From assembly GCA_002269645.1 (NCBI GenBank), contig NIVC01002634.1, positions 5,149-69,148 of the forward strand: a stretch of DNA of 64,000 nucleotides, written 5' to 3'. Below are positions 49,141-62,705 of the stretch, one piece after another; the first letter of the stretch is position 1, and each line of letters starts with the position of its first letter. Made by a program: the position numbers and the translations under genes. Source of the stretch: Macrostomum lignano (lineage: Eukaryota). Below the pieces are notes generated by a model. It had not been told where the DNA came from. It worked only from the letters and a program-made list of their open reading frames with translations, and ran no database searches.

Positions 49141-52100
49141 AAAAAAGCCCTGGCTGTCCTGGTCCAGATCAGGCGCGCCGTGGGCATCACCTGGGGGCTC
49201 ACCCCCAGGAAGCTGTGGTGGATTTACACTGCCATAATCCGCCCCTCGATCAGTTACGCCAGCCTCGTGTGGGCCAGCGGTCTGAGCGTCAAGAGCAGCC
49301 TCGACGCTCTCTACAAAATCCAGGGCAGAGCCTGCCGCATGACTATGGGCGCTCCACCCTCTACTCCTTTTGAAGGCATGAATTCCTTCCTCTGTGCCCC
49401 TCCTCTGGATATTTACATCAAATGATGGGTTTCGACCTTCGGGCTCCTTGTTAGGGGAGCCGTCGGGCCTCAGGCTCAGAAATAAATCAATTAGAGACCT
49501 GGCCCCCACTCCTGTCAGATGGTCAGCCCCATGGTAGCTTGATCGTGTGGCGAGCAGTCTAGGTCCTATAGCTAAGAGAGGGACAGCGAGAGACGAGCAG
49601 GGAGAATTTTGAAAGTAGAAATTAGCTAATCCGTAGATCAACTAACTTGCTGCCACCAGCCCGTGCGCCCTGGCTCACCACACCGGGACTCTCGAAATCG
49701 GGCTTCCGACTAGAAGGGGCTTTGCACTTACCTGCCAACTAGTGTCTTTTTGCTGTCAATCTCGAAGTCATAGCCGATGATAAGGGACACTGCTGGGACT
49801 AGATCGCATTGGCCATGCAGGTACAGAGGGGACTTGTGCATGGGATTCTTGCGGGGGCGAGACTATGGGGTAGCTACATGTACTATTACATTGCTAAATA
49901 CGAAGATATGTACTTTTGGCCTTCAACGCGCCAACTAGCCTCTCATAGCGCTGATGATAGACTAACTCGAACTTCAGAGACCACATGATTCATTTACCCG
50001 AGCCGCTTGGCTACCCTAGAGTGCACAAAGTACATCTCTGGCGCCGATTCTGCACTTCTGGCAGTTTTGCTCACTAATTTGATAGATTGGTCGACTGAGA
50101 ACTGCCTTGCCATTGGTCCACTGTGACCGGCGCCTACTAGCTTAGCTACTCATCTGAGCCATCGGCGAACAAAGAAATAAAACCGATAAAAATAACTGTT
50201 AGATCTAACCTTCTCCTTAGTTCACTTCACACTTCAGATTTAATTGGAGTCTTAGACTACTAGCAGTATTATTAAATGATTTCTGCCTCAGCAACAGCAC
50301 TACTGAACAAAATGAGCAAAAGTGTGCGCCTAATTCAGCTACTGCAACAGGGGACAGATAAGGGATCACCCAATCAAGCAAGTCTAGGTAGCCTCTCACC
50401 CAAACAATCAGAAACTCAACAGCCGGAGACCAGGCAATCCACAGTGACCGAATCGGCTTGATGCTTCGCAGCTGTAGACTCGGGATGATGCTGTCACGAT
50501 CTTCGCTGATAGCTAGCAGGTGATGATCTTTGCTTGATGTTCGCTGCTGTCGACCGGGGGACTCGTCCTTGATGATGATGGGGGAAGTCGCAATCCGGGG
50601 ATCAAGAAACGACGGTCGTGCTCCGGGAACCAGAAGTTGCGCGCTGGGCCCGAGCCAAAGTTGAGTCCGAGCGGGCCAAAAACTCCGGTTTAAATAGCCG
50701 CCAACTGGACCGCAGTTTGTTATAATGGAACACGTCGATTCTGATTGGCTGAGCCGTTTTGTTAAAATGAGCGCCGAATTTTCTGATTGGCTAAGCTTGT
50801 TGCTACCCAGAATCACGTGACCGAGAGATCCTATCAGTTCCCACAGGGTCGTAAAAAGATGACAGGTGCGGCCATAAATCACTCAAAATCGCAACAAAAT
50901 GATTTATGACTTTTCGCGTAGGATTGACAGAAATTAACGAAAAAATATACATTAGAAAGCTCTTATTAAATAGAAAGTGAAGATAATGAAGAGAAATCGC
51001 TAATCGCTAATCCCAAGGTACTTTTAGGGGTAAAACGCATAGCTGTCAAAGCTGTCACACGCTTGAGTGAACACGAACAATAGGCTCTGACCTCATAAAT
51101 CTTGATGGCCTGTCAAAATGATGAGAAAAAAAAGCTACCGCCCGCATCCTCTCAGACCATCTGGCGCCCACCTCAACACTGAGTGAGGCGCAGGTGGCTG
51201 TCAGACCAGCTTCGCAAGCGATGATTTATGACCCAAAAAGCTGCGCCTATGTTATTATGACTACTAGTATGGCCAGACATTATATCTAGTATAGATTCTA
51301 TGAAAATTCGCAGAAAAAGGATAAAAATGCCCATTGCCCACTGTTAGTAGGCAAGTAAGTTCAGAGCCCATGTGCTAGCGCGGGATTTGGGAAAAAGTGC
51401 GTCCTCATCACAAAGTAGAGACGGCGAAGAGCACTTGGCGTCTTCTGGATGCTGGGGTGGCCTTCAAGAAAGTGCGGGCCTTTAAGAAGCGGTCGCTTAT
51501 CACGCACTCTGACCTCTGCCTCAAGACTCTCGAGGAGTGTGGCGGGCTCAACATCCTTACGGACTCGATCCCAGCCACCCTTCTCCTCCCAGCCGATCCC
51601 AGACAAAGGTATATGGTCACTATTCAGCCTCGACACGAGGCAAGTGACAGCTGGAGCGATTCTGAAGTCCACTGTTACACTGACGGCTCTATGAGGCATG
51701 GTCTTTTAGGCTTCGGAGCTTGCGTCTTCTTCAAGGGAGAAGTGGTGTGGAGCTACTCCCAGCACACTGGGCTCAACTGCAGTGTTTTTCAGAGCGAGGT
51801 GCTTGCCATCAGCTCCTGCGCGGCAGAGCTGCGCCAAAGGCAGCTTCTTTCAGGGCCAAGTACCCGAGGAGCGGTGCCCCTTCTGCCGCTCAGGCAGTGA
51901 AAACGCCGAGCACTTTATATCTGTCACTGCCCGGTTTTCACCAGGGCCAGGCTTACTCACCTCGGGCCAAACCCCGTTCCCTCCGACGTTTGCAGGCCCG
52001 AGAGCATCCCGCTGCTTGCCTGGTACCTCAGGGACACGGGACGAGCTTATTTCTTCCCCACCGCCGGTGAGAAGGACCGCGCTGCAGGCGAGACCGACGG

Positions 52101-52224
52101 GTCCCCTGAGCGACGTCACTTCGATGGAAGTCATTGGTCGCCAGGGGCTAGCGGAATCGCGGTCTCCTCCGCCTCCTCGCTGCATCCGCCGGATGCCCCC
52201 TGCAGCTAAATCAAGTTAAGTCAA
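49141..52224 (+). mobile_element. Truncated, degenerate family-2 LOA copy split by a solo LTR
   Basis: 49141-49422 and 51411-52224 are near-identical to the rc of parts of 23640-25180; same 3' structure and TAAGTCAA-like tail. Confidence 0.88.
49423..51410 (-). mobile_element. About 2-kb solo LTR (Gypsy-like) or LTR-like insertion
   Basis: TGATG...CATCA termini, 4-bp TSD CAAA (49419-49422, 51411-51414); on the minus strand two AGCCAATCAG boxes (50792-50783, 50750-50741) upstream of TATTTAAA (50696-50689). Confidence 0.8.
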
Positions 52225-52355
52225 CCTCCCTGGCGATCAATTCACTTCTTGAAATCGGTCGCGCAGCGCCCGGATGTCGCTAGTGTACATGTATGTGTAC
52301 GTGTAGAACTCAGAACTCTGCCGATTGATTCTCCAGCCACTGGTTGGCAAGGTTC

Positions 52356-52500
52356 CTAGAGACTTAGCTCTTCGTTAGACTCGAAATGGGGCCCACGGAG
52401 CAGCCGCTTATTTGCATGCAAAAGTTGACAGAGCAGCTTACATGTAATTATAAAGTTGGAGGGTGCCAGGTCTGGTGAATTGGCCAGGGCCGCGTCGCCA
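52356..52500 (-). pseudogene. Mariner transposase C-terminal remnant
   Basis: SPDLAPSNF...LRGPHFESNEEL resembles the mariner YSPDLAPSDF...L.G..F.S.EE motif. Confidence 0.55.
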
Positions 52501-52732
52501 TGGATTTTATGGTGGGGGGACAAAGCCGGGAATTCTACATGTACATGTACATGACTGAATTCGTACACGTACATTTTTTTTCAGAATCGGTGTTCTCATC
52601 GCTCATTTTGGCGCCGCAGGCATTTAGCAACAGTAAAAGGTATCAAAGCAACCGGTGTAACCAAAAGTGTCCGAACTACATGTATCTACTAGCAGCATCA
52701 AAGCGTGGCATAGCTGCTGAGGCTGGACCTGG

Positions 52733-53874
52733 AGCTGCGGTCTCAGGTTCTCTGAGTCTAAAACCGTGGCTATTATGTTCACCAGTCGCCGAAACTGGAG
52801 GATCGAACCGCTCTCCCTCTATGGCAAACCCGTTGCCATGGAAAAACAAACCAGATGTCTGGGCATCACCCTCTCGACCACAGGTTGAACTGGACTCCAC
52901 ACGTCCAAACCAAAGCCCGCAAAGCTCTCGCGATTCTCGCGCAGATCTGCAGAGCTTTTGGCGCTACCTGGGGCCTCACACCCCGTCGCCTCTGGTGGAT
53001 TTACTCTGTCATCGTGAAACCGGCCATCTCCTTCGCCGGCTTCATTTGGAACAGTTCCCTAGAGGTGAAAGGGGTTCTCGATGCTCTTAACAGGGTGCAA
53101 GGCCGCGCTTGTCGAACTATCATGAGCACGGATCCCTCTACACCCTGTGCTGGTATGAACTCCTTCCTGGACATCCCCCTTAACCTCTTTGTCAGAGGGC
53201 AGGCAAAGAAGACCAACCCGACCCGCCGTCTGCTTGACGCGGGTGTCCCCATCCAGAAGCAGTTCGCCTTCAAAAAGCAGAACCTCTGGCCGCACGAGAC
53301 CTGGAAGCAGTAGGAAGCATGCTGACCCTCTCGGACGGAATCCCGCCCACGCTTTGCCCTCCGCTGAAATTCAAAACCAGCATTCCACCACGCCATGAGG
53401 CTAGGGACAACCGGAAACCCCGTGAAATCAACTGCTTCACTGACGGGTCCCAAATCAACTCCGCCTCTGGCTACGGCTACTGCTTCGTGTCCATTCTGGA
53501 GGGAGAACTGTTGTGGCCTTCTTCCCAGCACACCGGCACCTGCTCCACCGATTTCCAGAACGAAGTTCTCGCCATCAGCTCCTGCGCCATCAGCGCGTCT
53601 GGGGGAAGGAGATGATCTTCCACTCGGTCAAGCGGCGATCCACGCCCTTGAGCGCACACCATCACCTGCTCTCGTACAGTCCTCGACTGCATCAGGCAGC
53701 TCAACCGCTTAGTCGCATCTAACAAGGTGTCCCTATCCCCGGGCACTCGGGCCACCCTGGCAACGAGCTGGCCCATCGCCTGACCAAGGCTGGCTCGACA
53801 GGTTCCTTTACTGGTCCCCTTGCCCGTGGCCCCCTCCCCCAGATGCACGGAGCCCCCTGCAGCTAAGTCTAAGT
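52733..53874 (+). mobile_element. 5'-truncated, degenerate family-1 LOA copy with internal 3' deletion
   Basis: High identity to about 21435-22565, then jumps to the terminal GCACGGAGCCCCCTGCAGCTAAGTC. Confidence 0.88.
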
Positions 53875-54868
53875 AAAAAATTCCCTCTAAGATGTACATG
53901 TTACACCACGGGAGAGCTCTAATCGGACTCATCTTCACTTCCCCATCCCCATGCCGCTTCGAATCCATCTTGGAGGAAAGACATTAATCTAGGAGGAAAA
54001 TTCTCTTTTAGAAATTTATTTATGCATGCGAATAACAGTGAAAAAGTTGGACTAAAAACGGTTTTTGACGCTGAGACATGCGTCGAGAATGATTGATAAA
54101 AGTTTCAGAGCAATTGATTGAAGCATTGAGACGCAGCGATAAATCAAACTTTTTGTTGATCAACGATCTTCAACCAAGATCAACCAAAACTTTGATTTAT
54201 CGCTGCGTCTCTATGCTTCAATCATTTGCTCTGAAACTTTTATCAATTCTTGACGCTGTCTCAGCTTTGCAATGACATCTTAGACACATGGTTGCCTTTT
54301 GTATTTTTCGAGATATTCGCTTCCAAAATGTGTTTGTAAGGGGTGCCAAATGAATTCGTCTTTCGACATAATTTGCATTCGTGCCGATGTTTTTTCCTTT
54401 GGGACAGAAAATTTCTGCTCACAAATTTTTAAACCTGAATATGGCGTCAGAATAAGGAATATATCCCGAAACATGAATTCATTTTTTGTTTGAACTATCT
54501 GTTCGAAGGAAAAAATATCTGTCGGGAGAATATTGAGGCTTTTCATATTACCAATTCCAGAAACAGAACCGGTTCGGATCTTCCAAGAAAAACAGCAGTA
54601 TAACTATTTAATTCTGTTGAATGTTTGACTGCCTTAACAGCCTCACTTTGCACGATTTTTCACTTTCTTCTTGGCGATTATCATTCAATAATAAAAACTT
54701 TATAGCACGTATCTCCCTCGACCCTCTAGTTATGGAGACAAAAAGTTATACTTCACAAATTGCTTCTGGTTCTGGAACCAGAACAAGCAATATGAAAAGG
54801 CCCTATCTGTCGGGGAGAAGAACCCACACATAGGGGCCTATCACAGCCTTAGCAACTTTAGGCCTACT

Positions 54869-54980
54869 GGCGATCCTGAAGATTCCCGCGTTTAATTATT
54901 TTACGGAATTATTTCGCCCTCTATTCAAGGGTGGTGGGGGGTGGGGGTTATAATTAAACGCGGGAAAGTTAATGATCGCC
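54869..54980. mobile_element. 112-bp MITE, Merlin-like
   Basis: Termini GGCGATC/GATCGCC, internal 16-bp perfect IR (54883-54898 and 54951-54966), 8-bp TSD GGCCTACT (54861-54868, 54981-54988); superfamily inferred from GG termini plus 8-bp TSD. Confidence 0.7.
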
Positions 54981-57900
54981 GGCCTACTTTTTTATTTTTT
55001 TTTGATATTTTTTGTTTTTATTTTTGTATAATGTAACAAAGAGAATATTATTTTTTGAAATAAAAAACTATGTAAAATTATATTATTTTGCTAATTTTTA
55101 TGCTAGATTCATAGATGGTTGACAGTTTGACCTTTTCTCCCCTTGGCCTCTCAGTCCATTGTACTAGGCCTAGGTCTAAGCCTAGTATAAGTCCTAGAGA
55201 AAGAATAACACATTTTATATAAACCATGCAAAGTTAATGTTCTTGGTGTTATTCTGTAGATTTCTCTTTTTTTATATTCTAAAGGCCTATTGGGAGAATA
55301 GAATTTTTTTTACCAATTTAGGCCTAATTTCATTGATAGGCCTATATAATATAGTATACTAAATAAAATATCTTGAAAATTCTGTATAATTATAAATTTT
55401 ATCTTAAATATTTCTATTTATATAGCATTAGCCGTAGGTGTTACAATTTCTATGTTTCTGTTATAGGGCTACTTTTCTAATTCCTATTATTGAATGTCCT
55501 AAAGCTGCCACCAAAGTTGTCCTAGGGTTATTTCTTCTTATTAATCTTACTGGTTATTACTTGCCTTTTACTAGTAGCACATGTACCGATGTATATCTAT
55601 TGGTAGTGTATCTGTGTATGTACTTTTATTGGTAGCATCTGTACTTCTATTGGTAGTGTATGTACTTCTACTAGTAGCATGTGTACTTCTATTGTACTTT
55701 CTGGCCTGAGCAGTCTTTTAGGCACTGTCTATCCTATTCCTATACCCTTCTAAAGATATTATTCTCTCAGTCCTGGGCATTCCTGGGATCAGAGGGTCAC
55801 AGCTTACTTGCTGGGTATTCTGCCCTGAGGCGGGTTTCTTAGACTCTGAGTCTGGACTTCTCTACCTTGTGGTAGAATTTCTGCTTTCTAAAGGCGAATT
55901 CTCAGATTCTAGATCTGGATTTCTTGTTCTTCTAAGAACGGTTTGAACTCTCCAATTTTGGGGCTTCTTAATGCTTTTACCTAAATAACTAAATCAATAA
56001 GTATTGAATAAGGCTTCAATTTCAAGATACTAGAACAATTTCAAGCTTGAAGCAAGAAGACTGACAAGGTAAACTGAAACAAAAATGAAGACGAAAATGA
56101 TTCATTTTTCTTGGCATCCAGCAGGCTCCCTTTTATAGTAAAGTTTTGTGATACAGTTTATAACAAATGATAATATTCAAAATATACAGAATATTTTGCT
56201 TATGGAAAATGTTTATAATTTTTGTACAGTATAACAATAGTAGTACTTTCAAAATGCACAATTCCTAGAAACTAATGGCATAAAAATGAGGCCTATTACA
56301 TTTTTTATAACTCATTAAGATAGCCTATCTTAATTCTTATCTTTCTTTCAATTCAGAGAGATAAATAGGCCTATTTATTCTCAATATAAATGAAAAGAGC
56401 TATTTAATTCCCATGGCCATGGTTTAAGATTCTAGGTCTATACTTATATAGTATAAATAATAAATACTAGGCCTATGTTCTAAATCATATAGTGTGTATA
56501 TGCCAAAAAAATTGGGCATGCATTGGCCTTGCATGCTAAAAGTAGGCTAAGCATACACAGTTGGTATGCATCACTCAAAAGAAAATAGTATGCATGCATA
56601 CCTGGTGTGCACTTTATAGAATCACGTAGAAGAGTTAGTGTTAAGTAGAAAAAAGATGCAAAAAGTTTCTTTTTAAGTTCAATTTCAAGCTTTCAAGCTT
56701 TTAAGCTTATATTAAAGTATTTAAACAAATCTTTGCATGTATCAATTTTCTACTATAAATAGTATCCTTGAAAAACTATAAAAATCAACCAAATTATCTG
56801 CCAAAAAGGTTTTTATACAATTCAAAAACTTATTTAGTGTCACAACACTGACATAATTTTCAGAATAGGCAGGCAAGCAATTTTTTGGCATACATTTATA
56901 ATTATTCAATTTTTGTTTAGGCATGCACCTAGCATAATCTGGACTATGGGATAGATATAACCTTAGCCATTCTTGTTTCTTATACAATATATAAATTAGA
57001 TATTGTTAATAAGTGATAGGTTAAACTATTATTGTTATTCTTTATTCTCCCATTATATTATAGTAAATAATGAAGAAACTATTGGTATTATTATAGTACT
57101 ATAGGGCAAGTTTTAGGAAATTAATTAGCTTTAGATATAGATTTGCTATAGGAAAATTAGATATAGCTATAGATATAGATGTCAGTAATTTTTGCATTTG
57201 TAACTCTAAGTGACCTTCATGAAATTTTCATATTGTAGGATTCTATCAAAATCTAAGATAAATTTTTAACCTTTACTTGTTGCAATATTACTAATGTTTT
57301 TACTCAGGAAACATGTCTATAAATAGACTAATAAAATAACAAAATCTTATCTATAAAACATTTTTGCTTTCAGATATAAGACAATAAAGGTGGACACTAA
57401 AGACAATATGACATTAAAGGTTGTGGCACTTTTGTTTGTGCCATTAAGTAAAAGGACTTTGTAGTATATGATCATACAGTATGATTGTAAATTGTTAAAT
57501 ATTGGATTTTGTTTATGGCTGTATATAAATACTGTATTAATCATATTAAAATCCCAATTTTGTTTTTTTAATAATATAATTTTATTGAAGGTTCCAATTT
57601 TTGGTTTAAACTATTTGTTTCTTAGCTGTGGTATTTTCTGAGCTTATTTATTCAAAATTAGTTTTTTGTATATATAATTTGTTTAATATTATCAGTGTCC
57701 AAATACTTTTTTCTATTCATTTTTAGAAAAAAAGTAAGGTTTTTGTTTAAAATGTTTTTTTTGCAATAATTGTCTGTACAAATCCTTGTTCAATTTTTTT
57801 CTGCTGAACACATTTATGTAGGCATATGTTTGCTGTTGTGTACTTTGTTGTTGAAATCTCTTCTGTGATTCAAGATTCTTTCCTTTTTTAACTGATAAAT

Positions 57901-58069
57901 TTAGTGCATGGTGTCCTTGTTTTTAGATTTTGTTCATAATCTAATTGTTTGTTAATACATGCTAACAGGGATCTGTTGGTCAGTCTGGCTGCATTGACAT
58001 TCCACCTTGAGATTAGAATTGGATTTTTATCACTCTGGTTATACAGTCGCCCTAGTAAAAATTATCATC

Positions 58070-59220
58070 CCTAGTTGCTGGGCCACCACCACCCACCTAT
58101 ATCCTCAGTTGCTGGGCCAGCCTCCCAGAACCTCAGTTGCTAAGCCAGCCTCCCAGATCCTCAGTTGCTGGGCCAGCCTCCCAGATCCTCAGTCGCTGAT
58201 ACAGCCTCTCAGATCCTCAGTTGCTGAGCCAGCCTCCCAGATCCTCAGTCGCTGAGCCAGCCTCCCAGATCCTCAGTTGCTAAACCAGCCTCCCAGATCC
58301 TCAGTTGCTGGGCCAGCCTCCCAGATCCTCAGTCGCTGATACAGCCTCCCAGATCCTCAGTTGCTGAGCCAGCCTCCCAGATCCTCAGTCGCTGAGCCAG
58401 CCTCCCAGATCCTCAGTTGCTAGGCCAGCCTCCCAGATCCTCAGTTGCTATGCCAGCCTCCCAGATCCTCAGTTGCTAGGCCAGCCTCCCAGATCCTCAG
58501 TTTCTCAGTTGTTGGGACAGCCTCCCAGATCCTCAGGTTCTTAGTTGTTGGGCCAGCCTCCCAGATCCTCAGTCGCTGAGCCAGCCTCCCAGATCCTCAG
58601 TTGCTAGGCCAGCCTCCCAGATCCTCAGTCGCTGAGCCAGCCTCCCAGATCCTCAGTTCTTGGCCAGCCTCCCAGATCCTCAGTTTCTTAGTTGTTGGGC
58701 CAGCCTCCCAGATCCTCAGTTGCTAAGCCAGCCTCTATGATCCTCAGTCGCTGAGCCAGCCTCCCAGATCCTCAGTCGCTGAGCCAGCCTCCCAGATCCT
58801 CAGTTGCTAGGCCAACCTCCCAGATCCTCAGTCGCTGAGCCAGCCTCCCAGATCCTCAGTTCTTGGCCAGCCTCCCAGATCCTCAGTTGCTATGCCAGCC
58901 TCCTAGATCCTCAGTTGCTAGGCCAGCCTCCCAGATCCTCAGTTTCTCAGTTGTTGGGCCAGCCTCCCAGATCCTCAGTCGCTGAGCCAGCCTCCCAGAT
59001 CCTCAGTTGCTAGGCCAGCCTCCCAGATCCTCAGTCGCTGAGCCAGCCTCCCAGATCCTCAGTTCTTGGCCAGCCTCCCAGATCCTCAGTTTCTTAGTTG
59101 TTGGGCCAGCCTCCCAGATCCTCAGTTGCTAAGCCAGCCTCTATGATCCTCAGTCGCTGAGCCAGCCTCCCAGATCCTCAGTCACTGAGCCAGCCTCCCA
59201 GATCCTCAGTCGCTGAGCAC
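58070..59220. repeat. 28-bp minisatellite (GCCAGCCTCCCAGATCCTCAGTTGCTAG)n
   Basis: Period 28 (58203, 58231). Confidence 0.96.
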
Positions 59221-61037
59221 TTCCAACTGTACAGACCCCTGGATGTTTAGCCGGTACTCAGATAGATCCTCAGGCTGCAACAACGCCCCTAATCAGCATT
59301 TATTCCCTTAGAAGCAGCAAAATGCACGCCAACTGTGCTGTCAGATTCCGCTGTACTCAAGAGGCCCTGTGTAGGCAGCTCATTTGTACATAAATGCAAA
59401 TGTTTTCTTGCTGTGTACCTGGATTGATTTTGTTTATCAGACCAAGTATTGTAACCGAAGATGAAGAATATAATGATTATAGAGTTTCTGCGTTGTTTAA
59501 ACTTACACAGATTTTTTTCACGTCCTTTTGCGTCAATTTTTATGCAGATATGGTTTTTAAAATGTTATTGTTATACTCAATAAAAAAGTTAAAATAATTT
59601 TTTTTCTCTATTAAGATTGAAATTTTGACTTTCAAAATAGTTTTTTTGTGCAATTTTTTCTCTGCTGGAAAAGCCACAAGGTACTTTAAAATGACTGAAG
59701 AAAATTGCACAAGATCACTTGTTTGGTTCGTGTAAGGCAAAATACAGTTTAAGTTAAGTGAAAGGTTAGTCATTGTATTGTGTATTATAAGCATCATTTT
59801 AATAGCCAAATGAAGAGGATTAATTATTAAATATAAAAGTGTTTCCCACTATTACACTAGTGTTAATGCTCTTTATAACAAGTATTCAATCAAGGTTACA
59901 GAGCAGTGTTGAAGTGTGTTGAAACAGCAAATCTTGAGACAGTTTCACATGAAAGACCAATATCTTGTGTGTGTGCACGATTTAGAACTTAGTAAATAAA
60001 AACTTGGGCGTTTAGCATAAGAGTAAAACAAATAATAAAGCAGCAAGACTCATGAGAAAAGGTAGTCATTTCGATGCAAAAGTACATGCACCCAGAAAAT
60101 TGCTTAGTGAGCTACACAGCTTTTCATAAATAAAAAGGGTTCCATTGTAATATTAATTGTCGTTAATGATGCTGAATGGTCTTAATGAAAGTGCAAAACA
60201 TTTTTTAGTTTAGCCATCTCATTTTTTACACGGGGTCTAATTAAAACAAACAACGTTAACTTAAGTTGTAAATATCTTTGTTTTCATGTTTTGTATGTGC
60301 TAGTTTTTCTTACTCTTATTAATATTAAGAAAAGTTATCTTAATTTATAAATTTATTTCCATCCATCTATCTATCTTGCTAATTTTGTTTACATTTTCAC
60401 CATAATTCTTGTTTCGTGTCAAGAAGACATTTTCACCTACGTGTACAATACAACGCGTGTAGCACCAATGAAAACACAGCGTTGAATCAGCGAAACATGT
60501 AATAATGTCGTTTAGACTGCAAAAACGCGTTTCATTGGCGCAGAAGTGTAACTATTAGCATGACTATAATTGGTGCTAGTGTAGTCATATAAACTAAAAG
60601 AGGTACGAATACAGTACTTACATGCAATTTGAAAACGGAAAATACCAAACACACACAAATCTGTTGCGGCTACTATCTAGTATATGCACTCTTAAAGCAT
60701 ATTACAGCTTGGTCACTTGGATATAATTTGTGTGTCTTCACATTTATAAGAAGAGAAAAAGCACATTCTGTCAAACTTATTCACGCAAGACATTGGCCGC
60801 TAAGCAACAGCTGTATTGGTTGGAAGGATTGACTGCACAGCATTTTCGGATAGCTGCTAAATGGAGGATCACTTGGGTGGCCGTTTTTTATTATTCTATC
60901 CTCAGTTTAACGTTTCACATGTACATCAAAAGGCACTTAATTAATGCCACAGGTACATTTTGTACACATGTAGCTCGTATACTCAAATACGGCGCCTATG
61001 GCTGGCCTCAACCCTTTTGCATCCCCCATACTTGCTG

Positions 61038-61330
61038 CTATACGGGAGCATAGGAATACACAATTCGCTTAGGGACTCTGTGTCCGACCCCGCCGCCGCT
61101 GCCCGCAGCGCCGCTGTTCCGTGGTCGATAGGTGGCAAAGTCAGCTGCAGAGGACCTTGAAGTGTGTCTCCTGTTGTGCGATCTGGGCTGGTGAATTTTC
61201 TCCATTTTGAACGAATTGCAGCTGGTGTAACCGCCGTACGGAGAGGTCGCCTCGTACTGATCTCGCGAACGGTGGCTCCAGAAGTAGTCTTCGTAGTCCA
61301 ACCGATTGGCTTGGCAGTCCGTGAACTCGT
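61038..61330 (-). CDS. Terminal exon of an unidentified gene
   Basis: TTCCAG|AC phase-1 acceptor compatible with the donor at 62096; open to the stop at 61038. Confidence 0.5.
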
Positions 61331-61404
61331 CTGGAATTGGTTGCGATTGTTTTTTTTTTGAATCAGTATTCAAATGGCTCTATACTGTACTGGGCACACT
61401 TGAC

Positions 61405-62032
61405 ACAGAACTAGACACATTCCTGGACACAGCTCCGCATGGCACTAGACACATTTCTGGACACAGCTCCGCATGGCACTAGACACATTTCTGGACAAAG
61501 CTCCGCATGGCACTAGACACATTTCTGGACACAGCTCCGCATGGCACTAGACACATTCCTGGACACAGCTCCGCATGGCACTAGACACATTCCTGGACAC
61601 AGCTCCGCATGGCACTAGACACATTCCTGGACACAGCTTCGCATAGAACTAGACACATTCCTGGACACAGCTCCGCATGGCACTAGACACATTCCTGGAC
61701 ACAGCTCCGCATGGCACTAGACACATTCCTGGACACAGCTTCGCATAGAACTAGACACATTCCTGGACACAGCTCCGCATGGCACTAGACACATTCCTGG
61801 ACACAGCTCCGCATAGCACTAGACACATTCCTGGACACAGCTCCGCATGGCACTAGACACATTCCTGGACACAGCTCACGCGGCACTAGACACATTCCTG
61901 GACACAGCTCCGCATGGCACTAGACACATTCCTGGACACAGCTCACGCGGCACTAGACACATTCCTGGACACAGCTCCACATAGAACTAGACACATTCCT
62001 GGACACAGCTCACGCGGCACTAGACACATTCC
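61405..62032. repeat. 34-bp intronic minisatellite (GGCACTAGACACATTCCTGGACACAGCTCCGCAT)n
   Basis: Period 34 (61441, 61475). Confidence 0.96.
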
Positions 62033-62096
62033 TATTCAGCTAATTCATGCAGCCGATCAAATCTCGCCTGAATCCTGTCCACCTTCATTGGCTCAC

Positions 62097-62277
62097 CATC
62101 AAAATAGTCTTCGTCGTTCAGGTCGTCAAAGGCGTTCTGCTCGTCGAATTCAAAGCTCCCGCCTGGCGCCGTATTGGCCAGATGGTGCATGCCCAACTGA
62201 GCGTAGGCGTCCGGCGCCGCGAATCTAAACTGATCTGTCGGGTAATAGTCCTGCCGGATGTCCGACGGTAGGTCGAC
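62097..62277 (-). CDS. Internal exon of the same unidentified gene
   Basis: Pyrimidine tract + AAACAG|GTC acceptor, GATG|GTGAGC donor, 181 nt open: VDLPSDIRQDYYPTDQFRFAAPDAYAQLGMHHL...FDDLNDEDYFD. Confidence 0.5.
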
Positions 62278-62354
62278 CTGTTTGAGAAGATTAAAAAGGC
62301 GAATTGAGGAGAGTAGAAGGCATGAGGGGCTTCTGGGACAAAATTTTTCACCTC

Positions 62355-62705
62355 CTCCATAATCCCATTAAATCCATCCATATTATCCCTGACAGAATCA
62401 GAAAAAAAGGGGGGTCGCACCTGCTCACAAAACATCGTCCATAATCCCATTAAATCCATCCATATTATCCCCGACAGAATCAGAAAAAAAGGGGGTCGCA
62501 CTCGCTCACAAAACGTCCTCCATAATCCCATTAAATCCATCCATATTATCCTTGACAGAATAAGAAAAAAAGGGGTCGCACCCGCTCACAAAACGTCCTC
62601 CATAATCCCATTAAATCTATCTATATTATCCCCGACAGAATCTTGAAAAAGGGGAGGGGTTGCACTTGATCCGAAAACTTTAATCCCATTAAATCCATCC
62701 ATATT
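62355..62705. repeat. About 81-bp tandem repeat, five copies
   Basis: (C)ATAATCCCATTAAATCCATC at about 62358, 62440, 62521, 62601 and 62681. Confidence 0.9.

Noticed and set aside
50217-50882. 221-aa ORF inside the 2-kb insert
   Set aside because: It overlaps the CCAAT/TATA promoter region and shows no gag or other recognisable motifs
57967-59400. Exon-like islands flanking the 28-bp array
   Set aside because: Splice-like sites occur, but I found no phase-consistent, recognisable reading frame on either strand
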